This document shows, piece by piece, positions 56,801-64,000 of a stretch of 64,000 nt of DNA. The DNA is from Kondoa subrosea. Its lineage: Eukaryota. The DNA lies in assembly GCA_039545335.1 (NCBI GenBank), contig BCIN01000008.1:124001-188000 (forward strand), read 5' to 3'. Each line of letters begins with the position of its first letter. Position 1 is the stretch's first letter. The notes below the pieces were generated by a model that had not been told where the DNA came from, did no database searches, and saw only the letters and a program-made list of their open reading frames with translations. Made by a program: the position numbers and the translations under genes.

Positions 56801-59800
56801 ATGGAGCAGCTCATCTGGCATGGCGAACTCCAAGGGCAACCGCAAGAGATCCACACCTTGCGTCTGACCGAAGCAATTCGTTTGACGAGATTACATGTTA
56901 TACCCAGTCAAGAGCCCGAGACTATGCTTGATAATTCTCCGTCGCTGCAAGTCTTTGTGCATCAAATGCCTATCCAGAAAGGGATGAGCGCTACCATGAA
57001 ACCATTCAATTTGCATTACAAGCCTACGGATTCTGTTCAAGCGTTTGATTTACCTACTCCGTCAGCTGCATTTGGCAGGCTTGTCATCATCAAAGGATCT
57101 TTTACAAAGCTTTCATTGTCCCTATATGGCGAAACGAAGCCTAAGCCAATACCTAAAATCGAAGTGAAGCTGGAAGATACTCAACCCTCATCCGTGGAAG
57201 ATCCTGTAAATCTACCTGTAAAGAGAAAAGCTAGCATAGAACCTGAAGGAGCGGGAATGAGAAGAAAGCTATCACCTTCTCCGGCGCAAGTAACGATACA
57301 ACTTGCTCGACCAAATTTTGAATACTTGCGTGGACTTGTAGCTGAATCTCAGAAGAGTCAGCTGATTGTACCGAACATGTCTCTTGCGGACTTTACGCCA
57401 AATGTCCTGCAAGAGATTCTACCAGCAGGACAGACTGTAGAAAGTATAATTCTACAAACTCTACAGCCCGTCAAACCTACAGTCAATGGCCACTTGCCTG
57501 CTTCTTCAATGGCGGATATTTCTGCAATGAGTGTCGAGCATATCCAATTCGCCGAGAGAGAAGAGATCTATAGCATCATGAGGACCGTGGAAGCCACTTG
57601 GGCGTATTTGAGCAATCAGGTCCATCTCAACTCACTTTGTCCTGTCCCTGATCTAACATTCTTTGTCAGCTATGGGATCGCAATTCGCTTCAAATCTTCT
57701 TGGCTTGTTGTCGGAACCTAGCTCAAAATGGCCATGCGGCTGATCATCTTTCAGTAAGCTACAGTACCTCTTGAGAGTTGTGATTTCTCAACGGAACTTT
57801 CAGGCTATTCTCATCGTCATGTCCGAAAGACTAGAGGACACCTCAATTCCTACCTCAATTCGCCGATCTCTTTTTGAGACTATTGTCACTTGCGGTCTAT
57901 CACCAACCCTCTCAGCTGAAACACAACTTTTAGCTCTGCTTACACAGCTCTCCAATTATCCACCGACCCATCTTCGACTTCCTTCATCTTCAGATATACT
58001 ATCGCACATCAAAGAGCGAGTAGGGTTATGCTCTATGTTGGAAGGGATCAAGTCATCTCTCACAGAATTAGAGTCAACAGTCTCGGACGAAGACATTGCC
58101 AATTTGTGCAATGAATCACTGTCACTTCTTCCACCAGTACTCGAATACGCTCGAAACCTATCAAGTTCTTCATATCAAGATATTTATGGATATTGGGAAA
58201 CATTGAGAGCTTTCGAATATGTTCATATTGTTCAGAAGATTGGTGAATTCAGTGAAGAGCAAAACAAATTTACCAAACATTTGCTCGAATTGGCTGTGGT
58301 CGCTTTCAAACAGAAGGAAGGTATCAAATGGATTGTCGAACTATGCTCAATCATCAATGTGGAAATTCAGCTAGATGAGAAAAGCGAGGAGAGGCTTTAT
58401 GAATTCTTGCTGTATCTTGATTTGGGTTTGGATGTAGATACAGAACTGGCTCATCTGGGAAAAATGTTGGTGCATGCTGTCAAAGCTGTTGGAATAGTCA
58501 TGCTGTATGAAGAAAATGAGAAGTGCAATGAATGGCTTCGTTCACTATCTCCTGCTTTACGAATGGTCAGTTTTTATCCGCAGGCAGCAACGTATGTCTT
58601 ACATCAGAGTAGATCCGTGAGAAACTCGTTCTATTACCGCACTTCATAGCAGAGCCGTCACATACACCATCAAAGCCCGACTTTCGAACTGTACCATTCT
58701 CGCCTGCGTCTGCGCTTGATCTCTGTATTCTTACTTCTCAGACACTTCTCCTGGAACAGCAGACAAATTTAAACCACGATCTCGAAGAATGTCTTTCTTC
58801 TTTGCAAGCAGCGCTTCCAAATCGGAGCTCAGAAGTGTATGCCAACTGGGATAAACTCGATTCAACACAAGGTCCATTACCTTGGCGATTGCTGCAGCTA
58901 CTTCAAGAAGCCGTACTGTTGCTAGATGAACATTTTCAAATACGTTCATATACTCGAACGGCAATTTTACCCTGGGCGACTTCGACAGCGCATCCGCAAG
59001 CTCAGCAAATACGGACTTTGCTCAAAATCTGTACACGCTTGTTGCATATCCTGGGTCACATCTTGAAGGATCTATTTCAACCTTGCCATCACGAAGTCAA
59101 CGCAAAGAAGCTTGCTCTGGCTCAAACATCACTGCTTTTATCTCCTGCATTCTCAATCTATCGGTTGTCTCACGTTCTTTCAAGCACCTCCTCTGATTTA
59201 TCGATTCTGGCCAGTATAGCACAGCGACAAAGCTTCCTTCTCATCTCTCAATTCCCAACGTCCTTCCAATCAACTATACTAGGCAAAGTAATAAGTCAAA
59301 TTATCTTTACTCAATCATTATTCCTGGATGCCGCTGCAATCTGTAAGCTACTTGTCGATCTTCTCAAAGGCAAAGAAGGCAATATATGGCGAAGAGTCTT
59401 CTTAGTTGCCTCAACTGAAATGACCAAATTCTTGGCTATTCAGTGCGATCTGGAAGAGCCTTCTGTCTTAGCTTTCGTACAACTTCTGCTCAAACTCGAT
59501 GAGCACAATCCCATTGGTCTTCTACATTCACTAATCACCGAGATTCGCAAACATGTAATTGACAATGATCGAATAGCAGGAGAAGATTCGCCATTAGCTG
59601 GATGGAGAGCCTACAACTGCTTGCTGTTACTCACGATCATTGCAAAACATCCCTTTGGCAAAACGAAAGTTGACGAGCTGTTCAGTACAGCGCTATGGCA
59701 AGAATTGGTTGGAAGAGACGCTCCACAAGCTATACAAACAATTCTTTCAGATCTTATGCCAAAAGATGTCCAAGCTGATCTCAAACCTCAAGTAGATGCC

Positions 59801-60028
59801 GAAGCTAAGCTGGAGATTGATCTTACATCACTTCTATCGCTTGCTCAGAAAATGTTCCAAGCCGATGTCAAGACTCCTGTAGAAAGAGAATACGCAGTGA
59901 AGCGATACACTGATCAAGAGTTCAGGTCAAGTCGCTCAAACTTGACCGCAAATGCTCGACTGCCCAGTATGCACGTAGACGCGTTTATAGATGGAGCAGA
60001 TGCGCAAAGGGCTTCATCGACTCATTGA
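56801..60028 (+). CDS. Virilizer (VIRMA/Vir1) homologue, m6A writer scaffold
   Basis: VIR_N-like N-terminus (IRLTRLHVIP...LVIIKGSFTKLSLSLYG), helical body, C-terminal FRSSRSNLTANARLPSMHVDAF resembling the Virilizer RPPSMHVDDF motif. Confidence 0.75.
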
Positions 60029-60124
60029 CAGCACAAGAATCTCACGTGTAGAATATTCATACAATGCCCAAAAATCCAAATACCAAACATACAGATGCTA
60101 TGCTACATGCCATTACTATCTCTA

Positions 60125-62279
60125 CTATCTCGCAACATACTCGGAATGTGTTTGTCTAAAGCCAGGTCTAGCTTGTTTTTGCAGGTACGGCGGTATCGCT
60201 CCTTGTCGTGGGAAATAAGATGACATTGTCGACCTCGCATCATCGTCATCGTCATCCATTCTTGGTGAATCCATAGGTGTTCCACCAACCGATCTAGCCT
60301 TTTCCCTTTCGGCCGCTTCTCCAATTCTATGGACTCGCTTTTGTTTCCCCTTCAATGGGATTTTATCAATTTCTTTCCCTTGTGATCGCTTGCTCTTCAG
60401 TATATTTGAATGAGGGAAAGCTCGTGTAGTAACGTGATCGAAAGTCCTTGTAAAGGGAGAGAAAGTTTGATTTGTGGCTGCCAAGTTTGCTATATGGGCT
60501 GACATTTCGCTCTTTTTCGGGTTAAGCACAATTGCTGGTTGTTCCTCTTCTTCCTCTCCATCGTTGTACAGATTAGGCAGAGAAGAAGATGCTTGTGTGT
60601 TCAAAAATGGTGGAGGTGATGGTGGGTTTCGTTTTTGATGTAGAGAAACGCCTTCTTCTACCGGTGAAAGCGAGCGAGAGGAAGCCAAAGAAGATAGAGA
60701 AGAAGTTTGAGTGGGTTGGAAGAAGAGAGAAGAAGATCTGGAATAAGGTGATGCAGAACTTGACGAAGGCGAACCAGTACTTCTGCTTCGGTTCAAAGGA
60801 GAAGATACTAAAGGCGGCGAAGGTTGAGGAGAAGATTGACCGCCGAAGACTTGACGATGCTGTCGCCTCGCAGAAGGTGTTTCTTGATCATGCCATAATC
60901 GTTCAATATCAGTCGTATTGACTCGACTATACAGTGGACGATCTGAGGGCCCAACACTTGATCTACCGTCAAGTGAATAGCGACGGAAATCGCCTTGATC
61001 TGATTGCGCCTGCGAGGTTTGGTAAGAACTGTAAGGTGACCAATGTTGTTCTGAAGACGGCGAAGGGGAAGGAGAACGTTGAGCCCAAGTATCATCTTCA
61101 TCAGCGTCCGGAATATCTTCATCCCCATAAGCGTCTTGATTCTCTGGTATCCAACGCTTGCCCTGTGCTTTCATCCCGGAATGAGCTGGTGGGTCTTCAG
61201 CATGCCTCAAACCATATGTAGGATCGTAATTCTCTATCTCATCAGCCACAGACATGGCATTCAATTCAGATGGAGTCTTCATGAACATAGGTCGGCGAGG
61301 AGAGACGCGCTGCTGTTGCCTTGAGGCTTTTGGTGTGTCTGACGGGAGCAAGAGGTTCGACATTGCAGATGACAGATCAGGATGAGAAGAAGCAGATGAA
61401 GCGGAAGAAGAGGGACCGAAAGTTTGTCTTTGTCTTGAACCAGAGGAGTAATCGAAACCGGATCGCAGTGGCATTGGTACAGGAACAGTCTGTTGAGGTT
61501 TTGGTTTGGTAATTTGATCATTGAGGAACTTCTGACTGAGTTTATGAATGATGCTCGGCAGATCGTTGCGAAACAATTCTCGTAGTTGACCTTCAATTTC
61601 TCGTTGAATATAGCCTTGAATCACGCCAACAGAATCGAAGGACGAAGAGACATTGACTGATTCCAAAGGATCGTTCTTGAAGACCAGCGTTACTCCTTTT
61701 TGCCGCGATACGACAAGGACTACTATAGCCCGAAGATGCAAAGCGGAAAGTCGAAGTCTCATCGGCACGATAAGTGGTGCAGAAGCAAAGAGAACTGAGG
61801 ATGAGGGCAAGATATCCAATCCAGGTTTAGGATGCGATAGAGGATTGATCTATGACACGAAAATTAGCATGAGTCGCAAAATGACGAGATTTGGGCTCAC
61901 TTGAACATTTGTTTGCAATTCGATATACGCATCGCCGCAATACGATAGCCGGAAGATGCCTCTGAATCGATCTTTCGTGAGATCACCAATTTCCAGTACT
62001 TCCAAGTCAGGCGGCTGTTGTATTTCATTAATAAGTTTGCGAAACACTTTGACCAGTTTAATGAATGAATTCCGCACCAATGTGCCCATGTTCAGCTCTT
62101 TCACTAATATCCTGTCCGCTATCACAGCAGGTTTATCTCCCTTGTTGAGGGCCTACAGTACAGCCTTGAACGGAAGTCACGGCGCGCCAAATAGAATAGC
62201 AACGAACCGTTTCCAGCATTTCTGTAGCTCCATGATAAAAGTCTTTATCAAACTCTGGCCATGTGAAGACGAAGGACAT
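60125..62279 (-). CDS. MDM34: ERMES subunit Mdm34
   Basis: [10 protein letters not shown]...ALNKG...[18 protein letters not shown]...[41 protein letters not shown]. Confidence 0.95.
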
Positions 62280-62563
62280 TGAGTAGTAGAGCGCCGGCCA
62301 AACCAGGAAGGTCCGAGCGAATTGAGCGAGAAATCGAGAAAATCAACAGCCGAATACAAATGTCACAGCATCGGCTTCAGCGAGACAGATGTAGGGCGGC
62401 TAAGTATTGTGTGTCGTTAATGTACAGTGCGTAAGCGTTAGGTATAGAGAGCAAGGGTATATGTCACGGTTGAAGAATCAGAAAATTGTGATGACAATGA
62501 AACTCAAGATACAACACTAGTATTACCTAAGATACAGTACAGGTACTATTACTACTACCATTC

Positions 62564-64000
62564 TCAAACCCAATCATCTCTCGCTCCAGCCGGTGTTGGC
62601 AAAGCAGGCGAAACCACTGCTGCAGACCGATTGACTTGCTTAGGCCTAGCTCTGAACATCTTCTTCTGATTAGGCGGTCGTGCAGTACCTATTTGACTTT
62701 CAGAGTCCAGAGGAGTATAGCAAGAAGTTATTGCAGAAGGAGAAGAATTGACCATAGTATTGAGTTCAGACAATCGAGTTAGACATTCTTGTTCCAACAA
62801 TTTCAAGCCCAACCAAGCAGCTTCTTCTCTTAAGTCTTGCAATTGAGAAACGATTGGATGTAAGAGAAGAGCAGATAAGTTTGTGGGTAGATCAGAGAGT
62901 TCAAGTTGAACTGAATAGCTTGAGTTGCTACTATCTCTATTTGCATTGCAGTTGCTTGCGAAAGAGAGAGTAGAGGAAACCAACAGGGATCGAGGGAGAG
63001 AACCGGTACGCAAGTAGTGGATGATTGCCTCATATCGGGAAGGGTCGCGCTCAAGAAAGATCTCAACGTATTCATCTAGTTTCTGCGTCGATGAAGAAGA
63101 ATGAGCCATCATCCGAGCTGGAGTTTCGACCAAGTAAGGAGCAGCAATGAGTTGAGGAACTTCTTCGTGAGAGCTGGTCGAAGAAGAGCATGAGAGAGAA
63201 GGAGCCGTTTCTGGTCCCACAGAGGGAAGAGCTCGAGTAGTGATGATACAGCTGAGATCCTTCTTCTGCGGCAGGGAAGCGAGTTGAAAGTCGGATGTCC
63301 AGTCTTCTACACCAGCTTCAGTAGGCAGTTCATCAAAGCCGAGTATGGTAGCTCGAGCACTCTTTGGAGCAATATCCATCGAATCGACTAGTTGAGGCTG
63401 TTGAGCGACTTTGATGCAGAGTGACGGTGACGACATTGCAGTTGAGGGGAAAAGACCAGTCATTTCACCAAAGACCATTTCGTCGTCTATTGAGGTTCGT
63501 CTGGAAGTAGATGCCGTAGCCTGAGCTAAAATCTTTTCTCGAGGTGAATGTTGACCAGGTAAGATGAGAGACGAGTCCAATGTGTCAGACCATTCGTTTG
63601 ACTGTAAACATAGAACCTCTTGAGCTCGATTAAAGAGCGCGAGATGTCCAGCACTAACGATCATATCTGCCTCCGATTGATTCATTCCAAAGTCCGCTCC
63701 CATTTCAGCCTCAGCAATAACCTCCTTCACAAACTGTCCCAGCTTCGACTTCTGGCTCAATAGAGTCTTGACCGGTAGACAAAACCGTTGAAGTCCACCA
63801 CCGCCAACATTGAGAGTGATCAACTTTGATTCTTCCTCGCAATCTTTAGGAAAAGGTAGAGCAGGTCTTAGCAATAAAGCTCTGAATGGAGAGGCTGATG
63901 CGGAAGAGGGTGAAGAAGTAGAGACTTGTTTGCTGACTTTCTGTTTGACTAGAATAGGCGCAGGTTGATTAGCTTTAGGTCTCCTGGAGTTGAGAGGAAA
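62564..64000 (-). CDS. BTB/POZ (KCTD-type) domain protein, 5' end outside the window
   Basis: ITLNVGG...F...TL, then IFLERDPSRYEAIIHYLRTG and LREEAAWLGL. Confidence 0.75.
   Translation of the reverse strand, partial: FPLNSRRPKANQPAPILVKQKVSKQVSTSSPSSASASPFRALLLRPALPFPKDCEEESKLITLNVGGGGLQRFCLPVKTLLSQKSKLGQFVKEVIAEAEMGADFGMNQSEADMIVSAGHLALFNRAQEVLCLQSNEWSDTLDSSLILPGQHSPREKILAQATASTSRRTSIDDEMVFGEMTGLFPSTAMSSPSLCIKVAQQPQLVDSMDIAPKSARATILGFDELPTEAGVEDWTSDFQLASLPQKKDLSCIITTRALPSVGPETAPSLSCSSSTSSHEEVPQLIAAPYLVETPARMMAHSSSSTQKLDEYVEIFLERDPSRYEAIIHYLRTGSLPRSLLVSSTLSFASNCNANRDSSNSSYSVQLELSDLPTNLSALLLHPIVSQLQDLREEAAWLGLKLLEQECLTRLSELNTMVNSSPSAITSCYTPLDSESQIGTARPPNQKKMFRARPKQVNRSAAVVSPALPTPAGARDDWV

Overview
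Compact, intron-rich fungal genomic DNA, most likely a basidiomycete yeast-like fungus (Pucciniomycotina-like; inferred from ~45-60 nt introns, many microexons and very short intergenic spacers). About 30 protein-coding genes can be reconstructed by manual splicing. They include a divergent histone H4/H3 pair, GFA1, RAM2, a Gbp2/Hrb1-like RRM protein, POLD4, TBCB, HIS1, a Zn-ADH, an FHA protein with Ki-67-like architecture, MYG1, an MBOAT acyltransferase, MSH5, an NAD(P)HX dehydratase, a zeta-toxin-like kinase, an aldo-keto reductase, ETR1, a Virilizer homologue and MDM34. The standout observation is at 42542-42718 (+): a complete 81-nt tRNA-Ser(AGA) cloverleaf that only forms after removing two short introns with spliceosomal signals (GC-AG at position 14/15, GT-AG at 30/31), not canonical 37/38 tRNA introns. 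Next to it lies a large orphan gene with a degenerate GIY-YIG-like motif. All exon boundaries were read by eye and no database searches were run.
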